Shown piece after piece: positions 1 to 10,286 of a DNA stretch of 64,000 nt (its first letter is position 1; every line of letters begins with the position of its first letter). Source of the DNA: an uncultured Candidatus Rokubacteria bacterium (GTDB lineage: Bacteria; Methylomirabilota; Methylomirabilia; Rokubacteriales; DASRDR01); contig CAWGVS010000002.1 in assembly GCA_963826115.1 (NCBI GenBank), positions 1 to 64,000 on the forward strand, read 5' to 3'. The position numbers were made by a program, and so were the translations under genes. The notes beneath the pieces were generated by a model. That model worked only from the letters and a program-made list of their open reading frames with translations. It was not told the origin of the DNA and searched no databases.

Positions 1-329
1 ATCGTCCTTCCCAATGCGATCAGCGGGATTCTCACCGGCGTGATCCTACAGGGTCGAGGGCGGCAGGCGAGACGGCGCCCATTCTCTTCACGGGCGCGCT
101 GTTCTATGTGGCGGTCCCCGACTCCGGCGTGGCGTCATTCTTCCCTTACGGGCTGCGCGATCCCTTCATGGCGCTTTCGTACCACCTCTTCACGATCTCG
201 ACGCAGGTGACCGGTACGTCAGATGCCCTCGCGTACGGCACCGCCGTGGTCTTGATTGCGCTCATCCTCACCGTGAACCTGGTCTCCATCGCGTGTCGGG
301 TTCGCCTCCGCGCGCGACGGAAGTGGTAG
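1..329 (+). CDS. pstA: Phosphate ABC transporter permease PstA, 3' part (5' end outside window; apparent frameshift near 50)
   Basis: IVLPNAISGILTGVIL then RAAGETAPILFTGA in a shifted frame; hydrophobic C-terminus AYGTAVVLIALILTVNL; directly upstream of pstB/phoU. Confidence 0.85.
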   Translation, partial: RPSQCDQRDSHRRDPTGSRAAGETAPILFTGALFYVAVPDSGVASFFPYGLRDPFMALSYHLFTISTQVTGTSDALAYGTAVVLIALILTVNLVSIACRVRLRARRKW

Positions 330-335
330 CACGCC

Positions 336-1094
336 ATGGCCTCGCACGTCGTCTTTCGGAACGTCACGGTGAGGTACGGGGACCGGATCGCGCTTGACGA
401 CATCAGCCTCGAGATTCCTGGCCGCACCAGGATCTTCGGTATCATCGGCCCGGCCAACTCAGGCAAGACGACGCTCCTCAAGTGCATCAATCGGACGCTC
501 GACTTCATCCCCCACGCCCGGATCACGGGGGGAGTCACCATAAACGGCGAGGACGTGTTCCGAGTCCAGAACGTCTACGCGCTGCGGCGCCGGATCGGCG
601 TCGTCTTTCCGCTTCCGGTCGGCCTGCCGCTGTCGGTGTACGACAACGTGGCCTATGCGCCCCGAATGGCCGGGGTCCGGCGCCGCGCCCAACTGGACGA
701 AATGGTCGAGCGGTGTCTCCGGCGGGCCGCGCTGTGGGACGAGGTGAAGGACCGCCTGCGTCTCCTCGGCACGAGCTTGTCCGGGGGCCAGCAGCAGCGG
801 CTCACCCTGGCCAGAGCCTTGTCTCACCGCCCGGAGATCCTCTGTCTCAATCGGTTTTCCATCGCCGTGGACCCGGTGACGACCTCGAAGATCGAGGACG
901 TCCTCCTCGATCTCAAGCGCGAGATGACGATCGTGGTGGTCTCCAATCTCGTGCAGCAGGTTCATCGACTGGCCGATCGCGTGGCGTTCCTCAATCGTTC
1001 GCGCCTCATCGAAGTCGGGCCGACTGACGTGGTCTTCTCCGACCACCCGGGGCATCCGCTGACGTTCGATTATGTCCGAGGGCACTTTGGATGA
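336..1094 (+). CDS. pstB: Phosphate ABC transporter ATP-binding protein (PstB paralog 1, degenerate Walker B and H-switch)
   Basis: Walker A GPANSGKT, signature LSGGQQQR, ALWDEVKDRL typical of PstB; Walker B reads ILCLNR. Confidence 0.85.
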   Translation: MASHVVFRNVTVRYGDRIALDDISLEIPGRTRIFGIIGPANSGKTTLLKCINRTLDFIPHARITGGVTINGEDVFRVQNVYALRRRIGVVFPLPVGLPLSVYDNVAYAPRMAGVRRRAQLDEMVERCLRRAALWDEVKDRLRLLGTSLSGGQQQRLTLARALSHRPEILCLNRFSIAVDPVTTSKIEDVLLDLKREMTIVVVSNLVQQVHRLADRVAFLNRSRLIEVGPTDVVFSDHPGHPLTFDYVRGHFG

Positions 1095-1876
1095 CTCAGA
1101 CAGAGCCGGACGCGCCGTACAGCATCCAGACGCGAGGCCTGAACCTCTGGTACGACGGGTTTCAGGCGCTGAACGACGTCACCGTCGGCATTCGGCAGGG
1201 GTTGATCACCGCGTTGATCGGACCATCGGGCTGCGGCAAGACCACGTTGCTGCGTTGCTTCAACCGCCTCAACGAGCGCTACGGCAACGTCACCGTGACC
1301 GGTGAGGTCAAAGTCCTCGGGAAGAACATTCTCGATCCGGATGTGAGTCTCGGGGAGCTCCGGAAGGCCGTCGGCATGGTGTTTCAGCGGCCCAATCCGC
1401 TCCCCATCTCCATCTACGAGAACGTCGTGTTTGGCCTGCGCGTGCACTCCGCGGCGCGCGCCCTGAAGCGCCGCAGGCTCGATGAGCTCGTCGAGTCCGC
1501 GCTCACGGATGTCTTGCTCTGGAAGGACGTCAAGGACGAGTTGCGCAGAAAGGCCACGGAGCTCACCTTGGCGCAGCAGCAGAAGCTGTGTATCGCCCGT
1601 CTGCTTCCACTCAAGCCGCAGGTCATCCTCATGGACGAACCCTGTTCGGCACTGGACGCGGAAGGGACCGCCGCGATCGAACGGTTGATGCACGACCTGA
1701 AGAGCCGGTACACGATCGCGATCGTGACCCACAACATGGGACAAGCCCGCCGGACGAGCGACGAATGCCTGTTCATGTTCCTGGGCCAGGTCATCGAACA
1801 GGGACCGACCCTGGACATCTTTCTGACACCGAAGCGGAAGGAGACCGAGATGTACGTCGAGGGCCGGTATGGGTAG
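1091..1876 (+). CDS. pstB: Phosphate ABC transporter ATP-binding protein (PstB paralog 2)
   Basis: GPSGCGKT, GMVFQRPNP, ILMDEPCSALD, VTHN, C-terminal YVEGRYG; ATGA overlap with the previous gene. Confidence 0.92.
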   Translation: MTQTEPDAPYSIQTRGLNLWYDGFQALNDVTVGIRQGLITALIGPSGCGKTTLLRCFNRLNERYGNVTVTGEVKVLGKNILDPDVSLGELRKAVGMVFQRPNPLPISIYENVVFGLRVHSAARALKRRRLDELVESALTDVLLWKDVKDELRRKATELTLAQQQKLCIARLLPLKPQVILMDEPCSALDAEGTAAIERLMHDLKSRYTIAIVTHNMGQARRTSDECLFMFLGQVIEQGPTLDIFLTPKRKETEMYVEGRYG

Positions 1877-1886
1877 GGAGTGATCG

Positions 1887-2537
1887 ATGAAACAGTTTGA
1901 CCGGGAGCTGGCGAAACTGAAACAGCGGATTCTCGAAATGGGCGCGCTGGCGGAGTCAATGGTCACGGCCGCATCGCACGCGCTCATCACTGCCGAGCGA
2001 GTCGCCATCGAGCAGGTGCGCGCGAGCGAACCGACGCTCGATCGTTGCCAGGTCGAGATCGACCGCGAAGCGATCCGGCTGGTCACCGTCTACTCGCCGG
2101 CGGCCAAGGACCTCCGATTCCTCCTGATGATGCTGCGGATCACCTCGGAACTCGAGCGCATCGGCGATCAGGCCATGGACAACTGCAAGTACGTCGAGAT
2201 CCTCCCGTCGCATCCCGCACTGACACCGCTCCGCGAGTTGTCCCCGATGTCGGTGCAGACGCTGCGGATGGTTCACGAGGCGCTGCGGGCCTTCGAGCAG
2301 GAGGATATCGACACAGCACAGGCCGTCATCAGGCTGGACGATCAGGTCGATGCGATGAACGCTGAGACGTTCCGTCACCTCCTTGAACAAAGGGCCACGG
2401 ACCCCGATCTCGTGGCACGGGGCATTGGTCTGATTCTCGCCGCGCAATCCCTGGAGCGCATTGCGGACCATGCGACCAACATTTGTGAGGAGGTGTTTTA
2501 TCTCGTCGAAGGCGAAGACATCCGACACCGCAGCTGA
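1887..2537 (+). CDS. phoU: Phosphate signalling complex protein PhoU
   Basis: Two PhoU repeats: DLR...ELERIGD and LERIADHATNICE. Confidence 0.95.
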   Translation: MKQFDRELAKLKQRILEMGALAESMVTAASHALITAERVAIEQVRASEPTLDRCQVEIDREAIRLVTVYSPAAKDLRFLLMMLRITSELERIGDQAMDNCKYVEILPSHPALTPLRELSPMSVQTLRMVHEALRAFEQEDIDTAQAVIRLDDQVDAMNAETFRHLLEQRATDPDLVARGIGLILAAQSLERIADHATNICEEVFYLVEGEDIRHRS

Positions 2538-2573
2538 GAAGCGAGCCAACGCCGTGCAGATGTGGTCCTGAGG

Positions 2574-2945
2574 ATGAGTGCGGAGGTGGCTCTGCGGCGC
2601 CGCGCGACGGCCGCAGTCCGGCGCGCTCTCGCCCGGCTGATGGTTCTCGCCCTCGTGCTGGGGCTGGCTGCCTGCGCGGCCGATCGGCTCACCCGCGACC
2701 TCGACGCGCGCACTGGCCGGATGACGCGGGAGGAGGCGGAGCGCCGGTTCGGCCCGCCGACTCGCACCATGACGATCGCGGGCCAGGAGGTCTGGTCGTA
2801 CGAGGAGCAGGCAGTGGTGGGCGCACTCCCCCCGCCGGACTCGCCCGACGAGGCGCCCGGCCCCTTCGTCGGCCGGGCGGTCCGGCGCCAGATCCTCCTC
2901 TACTTCGACGCTCGGGGCGTGCTCACGCACTGGGACCGTTTCTGA
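2574..2945 (+). CDS. Putative lipoprotein (BamE/SmpA-like small fold)
   Basis: Hydrophobic stretch with lipobox LAAC; MTREEAERRFGPP...W.Y...LYFD..GVL pattern. Confidence 0.55.
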   Translation: MSAEVALRRRATAAVRRALARLMVLALVLGLAACAADRLTRDLDARTGRMTREEAERRFGPPTRTMTIAGQEVWSYEEQAVVGALPPPDSPDEAPGPFVGRAVRRQILLYFDARGVLTHWDRF

Positions 2946-2982
2946 CGGGCGCCGCCGCGCGGCGCCCGACACGGAGGACACC

Positions 2983-3267
2983 ATGGCGTTCAAGGACATG
3001 CTGGTCCACGTCGGCACCGATCCGGCCTGCGCCTCGCGGGTCGAGATCGCCGCCCGGCTGGCGGTCTGGCATGACGCGCACCTCACCGGGCTCCATGTCT
3101 TGGCCTCCCCGCCGATCCCCGGCTACATCGCGGCTGAGCTGCGCCGCCAGGTCCACGAGATCCAAGCGCGGCGCCTTCGCGAGCGCGCCGAACAGGCTCG
3201 ACACCTATTCGACAGCGCCGTGCGCGCCGTCGCGGCGCCGCGGGTGGAGCGGCGGGTCGCAAGCTGA
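2983..3267 (+). pseudogene. Universal stress protein, N-terminal fragment
   Basis: RBS GGAGG; MAFKDMLVHV...AARLA...AHLTGLHV; ends abruptly at an Hsp20 fragment. Confidence 0.75.
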
Positions 3268-3482
3268 CGATCAAGGGCGAGAAGAAGCAGGAGAAGGAGG
3301 AGAAGGACGAGCACGTCTACCGCGGCGAGCGTAGCTATGGCGCGTTCGCCCGCGTGATTCGGCTGCCTGTCTCGGTCGACGGCGAGAAGGCCACTGCGTC
3401 GTTCAAGAACGGCCTGTTCACCGTCACGCTAGCCAAGGCGCCCGCGGCCAAGGGCAGCGTGATCCCGATCAAGGCGGAGTAG
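3261..3482 (+). pseudogene. Hsp20/alpha-crystallin, C-terminal fragment
   Basis: Manual translation KLTIKGEKKQEKEEKDEHVYRGERSYGAFARVIRLPVSVDGEKATASFKNGLFTVTLAK...IPIKAE*; no start codon. Confidence 0.85.
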
Positions 3483-4093
3483 CCGGCAGTCGGGCGCGGG
3501 CGTCCGGGCTTGCCCCCCCGGCGCCTGCGCCCGGATCTGATCGTCGTGAGGACATGGAGCCCCGCGCGGCCGCGGATGCGCCGGTGCGTCCTCAGCAGTG
3601 TCGTCCTCACCGAAGCGATGCGGGTGCGGAGCGGCAGATCGTGGGTCGCCCGAGAGTCCTGCGGGCGATCAACCGGCTGCGGAAGCGATTCGGTCGAGCA
3701 CCTCTCGTGCTGGGCAGTAGGCGGGGAAGGTCATGACGAAGGCAAGATGGTCACGGGCGGCGTGACCTTCGTGCCTCTTGCATGTGGGGCAGGTCGTTGC
3801 CGATGGCGCAACCGGTCGCCTCAGACGAAGACCGTGGCCGCCTCGCCCGATTGCGGGGGCGTCCGCCAAGCACCAGGCATGCGAGCTCGGCAGCGCTGGC
3901 CGGAAACCGTACGCCCGGGTGGCGTCGCTCGCGGCGGCGACGACGCCTCGTCCCTCTCCCTGCTTCGGATCGGCCGCTACTACGACCGTCCGAGCGTCGT
4001 GTCGGTGCGGCCTCTCCCTGGATCCCCGGAACCGTGCCATCCTTCGATCTCGCGAGGCGAGTCGCGCAGGCCCTGAGCTGTGGAGGTACCGCC

Positions 4094-5956
4094 ATGCCGT
4101 CATCCGTCTGGAGTCCGGCCGTCCAATCCGCCATCACCGAGGCGATGACCCCATCCCCGCGCCGGGTCCGGATCGGCCGGCGCCAGGTCAGCATCCCGAC
4201 CCCCTTCCCTTCCCCGGCCGACTGGCGGGACCACTGGATCTACTTTCTTCTGATCGATCGCTTCAACAATCCGGCGGCGCCGCCCCGTCACCTCCCGTTC
4301 GATGGCGAGCATGGCATCTTCCAGGGCGGCACGTTCGCCGGCATCACCGCGCAGCTCGACTACCTGCGCGACCTCGGGGTGGGCGCGATCTGGCTCTCCC
4401 CGGTCGCGAAGAACTGCCCGTTCGAGGACACGACGTATCACGGCTACGGCTTCCAGGACTTCGTCGCGATCGAGCCGCGATTCGCCTCGGATCCGCGGGC
4501 CGCGCGCCGGGATCCCGAGCTGGCCGAGCGTGAGCTCCGCGATCTGGTGGACGCGGCGCACGCCCGCGGCCTCTACGTCATCTTCGATGTCGTCCTGAAC
4601 CACGCGGGGAACGTCTTCGCTTACGACGGGTTCGGCGCGACGGCACCCTTCCGGGAGACACCCTACGCCATCCACTGGCGCGACGAGGGCGGCGATTCGG
4701 CGTTCGCGGACTTCACCACCGCCCCCGGTCCGGTGCCGGATGACGCGGCCGTGTGGCCGGCCGAGCTGCAGCGCAACGTGCTGTTTCGCCGACAAGGTGA
4801 GGGCGGTGAGACGGCCGGGGACTTCGCCTCCCTGAAGGAGCTCGTGACCGCGTTCCAGGAGGCGCGTCCGATTGGCTCGTCGTTTCCGCTGCGCGAGACC
4901 CTGATCCGCGCGTATCAGTATCTGATCGCGAAGTTCGACGTCGACGGGTTCCGGATCGACACGCTCAAGTTCATCGAGCCCGAGTTCGCCCGCCTCTTCG
5001 GCAACGCCGTCCGCGAGTTTGCCCTGAGCATCGGCAAGCGGAACTTCCTCACGTTCGGGGAGGTGTTCGACGACGAGGAGAAGATCGCGCGGTTCATCGG
5101 GCGCCAGGCGGCCCAGCCAGACGAGCTGGTCGGGGTCGACGCCGCGCTGGACTTCCCGCTGTTCTTCCAGCTGCCCGGCGTGGTGAAGGGGTTCACGTCC
5201 CCCGAGGCCATCGAGCGAGTCTACCGGCAGCGGAAGGACGTGCAGCGGACCCTCCTGACGTCGCACGGCGAGGCCTCGAGCCACTTCGTGACCTTCCTGG
5301 ACAACCACGACATGCGCGAGCGCGTCTACTTCCGGGACCCGGCGGAGCCCGGCCGCTTCGACGACCAGCTCGTCCTCGCCCTCGCCGGCCTCTTCACGCT
5401 CCAGGGGATCCCCTGTCTCTACTACGGGACCGAGCAGGGGCTCGCCGGGAGTGGCGGCAACGACCAGGCGGTGCGGGAAGCGCTCTGGGGGCGGCCCGGC
5501 GGCTTCGACACGGCCCACCCCTTCTACCAGGCCGTGCGCCGGCTCGCGACGGTGCGTCGCGAGCAGCCCGCGGTCCGCTATGGCCGTCAGTACTTCCGGC
5601 CCCTCTCCGGGAATGGCCTCGACTTCGGGCTCTCACCGTTCCCGGCCGGGGTTCTCGCGTTCTCTCGGATCCTGAATGACCAGGAGGTGGTCGTGGTCGC
5701 CAACACCAGCCCCATGCAGGCCTTCAGCGGCGAGGTGATCGTCGACGCGGCCCTCAACCCGGATGGCGCGTCGTACACGCTCCTCTTCAGCAACAAGCCG
5801 GCGCCCCATGCGCCGGGCGTGGTGCGGACGCGGGCCGGCGGGAGCGTAACCATTCACGAGCCCGACGGGCGCGTGACGCGCGGGCCGGCGCGGACCGTGG
5901 CCCTCACGCTCCAGCCGGTCGAGGTGCAGATCCTCCGCCAGGCGCCCGGACTGTGA
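4094..5956 (+). CDS. Alpha-amylase family glycosyl hydrolase (GH13)
   Basis: RBS GGAGG at 4082; IYFLLIDRF, YHGY, DVVLNH, catalytic DGFRIDT / GEVF / FLDNHD, GIPCLYYGTEQG. Confidence 0.93.
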   Translation: MPSSVWSPAVQSAITEAMTPSPRRVRIGRRQVSIPTPFPSPADWRDHWIYFLLIDRFNNPAAPPRHLPFDGEHGIFQGGTFAGITAQLDYLRDLGVGAIWLSPVAKNCPFEDTTYHGYGFQDFVAIEPRFASDPRAARRDPELAERELRDLVDAAHARGLYVIFDVVLNHAGNVFAYDGFGATAPFRETPYAIHWRDEGGDSAFADFTTAPGPVPDDAAVWPAELQRNVLFRRQGEGGETAGDFASLKELVTAFQEARPIGSSFPLRETLIRAYQYLIAKFDVDGFRIDTLKFIEPEFARLFGNAVREFALSIGKRNFLTFGEVFDDEEKIARFIGRQAAQPDELVGVDAALDFPLFFQLPGVVKGFTSPEAIERVYRQRKDVQRTLLTSHGEASSHFVTFLDNHDMRERVYFRDPAEPGRFDDQLVLALAGLFTLQGIPCLYYGTEQGLAGSGGNDQAVREALWGRPGGFDTAHPFYQAVRRLATVRREQPAVRYGRQYFRPLSGNGLDFGLSPFPAGVLAFSRILNDQEVVVVANTSPMQAFSGEVIVDAALNPDGASYTLLFSNKPAPHAPGVVRTRAGGSVTIHEPDGRVTRGPARTVALTLQPVEVQILRQAPGL

Positions 5957-5999
5957 GGCGGAGTGGTCCGCTGGACGCGGGTCCGGGACGATCCTGACG

Positions 6000-7151
6000 A
6001 TGACCGTCGAGGCCACGGCGCGTCATCGACTCGCTCGGCACCTGATGGACGAGTTCGCCGAGGCCACGGGCCTGTCGGGCAGCCAACCGGCGCGCCGGTA
6101 CCTGTGGACGGACGCCTTCGCCGTCTGCAACTTCCTCGGCCTCCATCGCCAGAGCGGGGAGGGCCGCTACCTGGACCTCGCGCTGCGCCTCGTCGATCAG
6201 GTCCACCACGTGCTGGGGCGGCACCGTGCGGACGACGTGCGTCGAGGCTGGATCGGGGGCCGCTCCGACGACGAGGGGGAGCGCCATCCCACGCGAGGCG
6301 GACTCCGGATCGGCAAGCCGCTCCCCGAGCGCGCGCCGGGCGACCCGTACGACGCGCGCCTCGAGTGGGACCGAGACGGTCAGTACTTCCACTACTTGAC
6401 CCAGTGGCTGCATGCGCTCCACCGGGTCCATCGCGAAACCGGCCAGCCGATCTTCCACACTTGGGCGGTCGAACTGGCGCAGGTGGCGCACGCCGCCTTC
6501 GTCCGCTCGGACGCGCCGAGGGGTACGCGGCGGATGGTCTGGAAGATGAGCATCGACCTCGACCGCGTCCTGGTGCCGTCGACGGGGCAGCACGATCCGC
6601 TCGACGCCTGGATCGCCTACCTCGAGTTGCGCAGCGCGGCGGGATCCTCGGTCGCTTCGGCGACGCTCGCGCGCGAGCTCGAGGAGGCGGTGACGCTCTG
6701 CGAGGGCGCCGCCTGGGCGACCGACGATCCGCTCGGCCTCGGCGCCCTGCTCGTCAGCGCGTATCGTCTGGCGGCGATGATGGGGGAAGCCGGAGTCGAA
6801 GGCGGCACAGAGCTCCTGGGGCGAATCGTCGAAGCGGCCGAGGTCGGTCTCGACGCGTACGCGCGTGGCGAGCCGCTGGCGGAGCCGACGAGCCGTCGGC
6901 TTGCCTTTCGCGAGCTGGGGCTCGCCATTGGCCTGCACGCGCTCGAGCGGATGCTGGCGCTCACCCCGAGACCTCAGCGGGTCCCAGGGCTGGCGGACCT
7001 GGCGCGCTATCTGTCTCTGGCGGGACGGATCGACGACGTCTGGTCCGCCGCGGGCAACCGTCAAGGGGCCACCTGGCGCGCCCATGGCGACATCAACGCG
7101 GTGATGCTCGCGACGAGCGTGGCGCCGGGCGGATACCTCGGCTCGGCGTGA
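6000..7151 (+). CDS. Conserved hypothetical protein (possibly alpha/alpha-barrel fold)
   Basis: 383-aa ORF with protein-like composition; motifs RRYLWTDAFAVCNF, DGQYFHYL, LAFRELGL, HGDINAVMLA. Confidence 0.7.
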   Translation: MTVEATARHRLARHLMDEFAEATGLSGSQPARRYLWTDAFAVCNFLGLHRQSGEGRYLDLALRLVDQVHHVLGRHRADDVRRGWIGGRSDDEGERHPTRGGLRIGKPLPERAPGDPYDARLEWDRDGQYFHYLTQWLHALHRVHRETGQPIFHTWAVELAQVAHAAFVRSDAPRGTRRMVWKMSIDLDRVLVPSTGQHDPLDAWIAYLELRSAAGSSVASATLARELEEAVTLCEGAAWATDDPLGLGALLVSAYRLAAMMGEAGVEGGTELLGRIVEAAEVGLDAYARGEPLAEPTSRRLAFRELGLAIGLHALERMLALTPRPQRVPGLADLARYLSLAGRIDDVWSAAGNRQGATWRAHGDINAVMLATSVAPGGYLGSA

Positions 7152-7658
7152 TACGAAGGGCCGCGGACCGCTGGGCCTCGGCGCGTCCAGGCCGCCGCCC
7201 GCCCAGCGTCCGATCGCGACCGCGGCACGCCTCTGACAGTGGGGGCGGTGAAGCGCGGGGAAGGCGGTGCCGGCGGGTAGTGCGGGCCGCGGGCGTGCAC
7301 GTGTCGGAGTTGTTCCGGCTCAGCCGACGGCGAGCCCACGCTCCGAGCCCACGGGTGGATTGTGCAACCTGGCGCTCCACATCGAAATGGGGTTCTTCGT
7401 GGAGGCGTCCCTCACGGCGTGGGTCCGACAAGAGCATGGGCGGCTCACGATCGAGAGGGGCTCCTCCCCCTTGCAGGAGCGGGCGCACCGCATGAGGCCT
7501 CACACAGTCTGAGCGGTCGACGAGCGGCGGCGCCATCCCTTCCCAGCCGTCGTGAAGCGACGAAGCCCCTGGCTCGTGGGACGGCATCGCCTCCGCCAGG
7601 GCGCCTCCCGCGCGTCCGGTCCGTCCGGGCAAGCGGGTGCCGTGCGCCCGCGGCTGCT

Positions 7659-8237
7659 ATGGTGCTCCCCATGGACCGTGCCGGAGGGCCCCCCGCGGAG
7701 GGCGGAACTCCGCCCCGGCTCGACGAGAAGCTCTACGAGGGCCGCATCGTCCTCCTGACCGGGTGGCTCGACGACGCGGTGGCGACCCGAGCCGCCGCGG
7801 CGCTCATGAGCCTGGACGCGGCCAGCGACGCGCCGATCGAGATCCACCTGGACAGCCCGGACGGCACCCTCGAGGCCGCGTTTGTCCTCATCGACGTGCT
7901 CGGTGCGATGCGGGCTCCGGTGCGTGCGCGGTGTCGAGGGCAGGTCGGCACCCCGGCGATCGGGGTCGTGGCTGCCGCGGGTCAGCGCGCCGCCTGGCCG
8001 CACGCGCGGTTCCGGCTCGCTCAGCCCCGCGTGCACCTGTCGGGCACACCGGACCAGGTCGACGTCCGGACACGCCAGCACATGGACCTGCTCGTGAGGT
8101 TCCAGGCGCATCTCGCTCGAGCCACTGGGCGGCCGGTCGACGAGATCGCGGACGACATGCGACGGGGACGGGACCTCGATGCCGGCGAGGCGCAGGACTA
8201 CGGGTTGATCGACACGATCAGCGAAGGGACACGGTAG
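7659..8237 (+). CDS. ClpP-family protease subunit, catalytic Ser and His substituted
   Basis: RIVLLTG, IHLDSPDG, HARF..QP, EAQDYGLID; nucleophile region GQVGTPA. Confidence 0.85.
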   Translation: MVLPMDRAGGPPAEGGTPPRLDEKLYEGRIVLLTGWLDDAVATRAAAALMSLDAASDAPIEIHLDSPDGTLEAAFVLIDVLGAMRAPVRARCRGQVGTPAIGVVAAAGQRAAWPHARFRLAQPRVHLSGTPDQVDVRTRQHMDLLVRFQAHLARATGRPVDEIADDMRRGRDLDAGEAQDYGLIDTISEGTR

Positions 8238-8549
8238 CCGGCCGGTCCGCCGTTCCGGCGTGCCGTCGCCACACCGAGCATTGAACCGGGTGATCCCGAA
8301 GGTCCTTCAGCCGCGAAGCCGTGGCACTGGCGCAGTACGCGGGACCGCGCTGCCCAGGAGCCTCGGGCGCGTCCCGTCGAGGGGATCGACTTAGAACCTC
8401 CTTGGAGATCTGTATCTCCGCGTGACATTCAGCGTCTGCGGGGCCGCCCCGACAGACTCCAGGCGTCGGGCTCGCGCCACCACAACGCGTCGATGGTCTG
8501 GGGTGCGCCGCGACGGCGGCCGCGCCGAACGGGATCACCGTCGGCCTGT

Positions 8550-9218
8550 CTAGCCAGCGCTGCCGCTGTGCTCCTCGGCGGCTGCGGGTTCATGGCCGCT
8601 GTCGTCCGATCCCATACCGTGCATCCCGGGCATCTGGGACCCGCGCGGTCGACGGTGCGGCCAGCGCTCAGCCAGCAGCGTGCGAAGCTTCTCACGCTGC
8701 TCCGGAGTCAGCACCTGGCGGCTCTGCTCCATCGTGCGGATCCCTGCCATGCGCCCATCCGCGCGCAGCTTCTCGATCTCACGCACCTGCGTCTCGATCT
8801 TGGCGAGGTCGCGCGGCTTGTCGGCGTTGGCCGGGTCCGGCATCATCAGCGTCTGCAGCTCGAGCTCGGCCAGCCGACGATCGGCCTGGCGCTTGATCGC
8901 GTCACGCTGGGCGTCCGTGCCGAGTTGACGCAGGTTTTGAACCTGGGCCGGCGTCAGTGCCAGCTCCTGCTGGTGTCGAAGCACCAGCCTCGCCAGCGAG
9001 AACTGATGCGTCATGTGATGGCGCCAGCCTCCGTGGCCGTGCATCGGCCCGCGCCCCGACCCTCCCCTGCCCCATTCGGGGCGGGGCGCGTCCGGCTGCG
9101 TCTGTGCGACTTGCAGATCGTCGCCTGCCTGCGCCGCGGCAGGCGGCACCTGGGCAACCACGGTCAGGGTTATCCCCAGCACCAGTGCCAGAGCTCCGAG
9201 TGCGCTTCGTGTCTTCAT
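8550..9218 (-). CDS. Spy/CpxP family periplasmic protein
   Basis: Signal peptide, Gly/His/Met-rich segment, two LTxxQ motifs (LALTPAQ, VLTPEQ). Confidence 0.8.
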   Translation of the reverse strand: MKTRSALGALALVLGITLTVVAQVPPAAAQAGDDLQVAQTQPDAPRPEWGRGGSGRGPMHGHGGWRHHMTHQFSLARLVLRHQQELALTPAQVQNLRQLGTDAQRDAIKRQADRRLAELELQTLMMPDPANADKPRDLAKIETQVREIEKLRADGRMAGIRTMEQSRQVLTPEQREKLRTLLAERWPHRRPRGSQMPGMHGMGSDDSGHEPAAAEEHSGSAG

Positions 9219-9502
9219 GCCACCCTCCTTGCCCGGTGCGCGAGATATCGGCAACGGGGATGCCGGCGCCACCGTAGGCTCTGTCATTCTGACGAGCCAT
9301 CCGGTCTTGGTGTTCTCCGCGTTGCGGCGTCGCCCCGCGTCCCGGACCGGAAGCTGGCCACCAGGAGGCCAAGGAACCAGCGGGCTGGTCAGGCATCCGA
9401 GCAGCTCAACGAGCGGTCCGGTGGCGGTGCGCCGCCGGCCGTTCGGGCCCACCCCGGCCAGGCGCCGGCCCGCCTCGGCGCCGTGGAGCTTCGCCATTCC
9501 CT

Positions 9503-10285
9503 TCACGTGACCATCCGGGGATAGAGACGGGCCGCGATCCCGACCAAGCCGGCGAAGACGACGGCCAGCACCAGGCCATCCACGAGCAACCCGTACACGG
9601 AGACGCCCCCCTGGAGCATCAGCGCGCGCAGGGCGTCGACTTCGTAGGTGAGGGGGTTCGCCGAGGACACCGCGCGGAGCGAGTCGGGCATCAGACTCAG
9701 GGGATAGATGGCATTGCTCGCAAAGAAGATCGGCATCGTCACCACCTGCCCGATGCCCATGAACCGCTCCCGCGTCTTCACCAGGCAGGCGATGATCAGT
9801 GACAGCGTCGAGAAGACGGCCGCTCCCAACACGATGAACCCGAGGACCCCGAGGATCGCGAGCGGACGCCCATTGGTGCGGATGCCCAGGACCAGGGCCA
9901 GCCCGTAGACGATCACGGCCTGGGACAAGCCTCGGACGCCCGCCGACATCGCCTTGCCCAGGACCAGCGCCGAACGGGATGCCGGGCTCACCAGATACTT
10001 CTGGAGAATGCCCAGGTCCCGCTCCCAGATGGCGGAGATGCCGTAGAAGATGGCCACGAACAGGACGCTCTGAGCGAGGATGCCCGGGGTCATGAACTCG
10101 AGATACGAGACGTCTCCGGTGGGCATCCCCCGAACGTGCGCCATGACGCGCCCGAAGATCAACAGCCAGAGCATGGGCTGAACGGCTCGGGTCAGCAGCT
10201 CCCAGGGGTCGTGCCGGAGCTTCCGGATCTCGCCGTCGGTGACGGCCCACAGCTGCCGGCCGAAGACGACGATGGCTCGCCGCAT
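9503..10285 (-). CDS. ABC-2 type exporter permease (DrrB-like)
   Basis: QPMLWLLIFG, YLEFMTPGILAQ, FFASNAIYP, NPLTY. Confidence 0.9.
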   Translation of the reverse strand: MRRAIVVFGRQLWAVTDGEIRKLRHDPWELLTRAVQPMLWLLIFGRVMAHVRGMPTGDVSYLEFMTPGILAQSVLFVAIFYGISAIWERDLGILQKYLVSPASRSALVLGKAMSAGVRGLSQAVIVYGLALVLGIRTNGRPLAILGVLGFIVLGAAVFSTLSLIIACLVKTRERFMGIGQVVTMPIFFASNAIYPLSLMPDSLRAVSSANPLTYEVDALRALMLQGGVSVYGLLVDGLVLAVVFAGLVGIAARLYPRMVT

Positions 10286-10286
10286 G

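Noticed and set aside
3270-3312. Purine-rich GAGAAG repeats as a regulatory repeat
   Set aside because: Explained by Lys/Glu codons of the Hsp20 fragment (GEKKQEKEEKDE).
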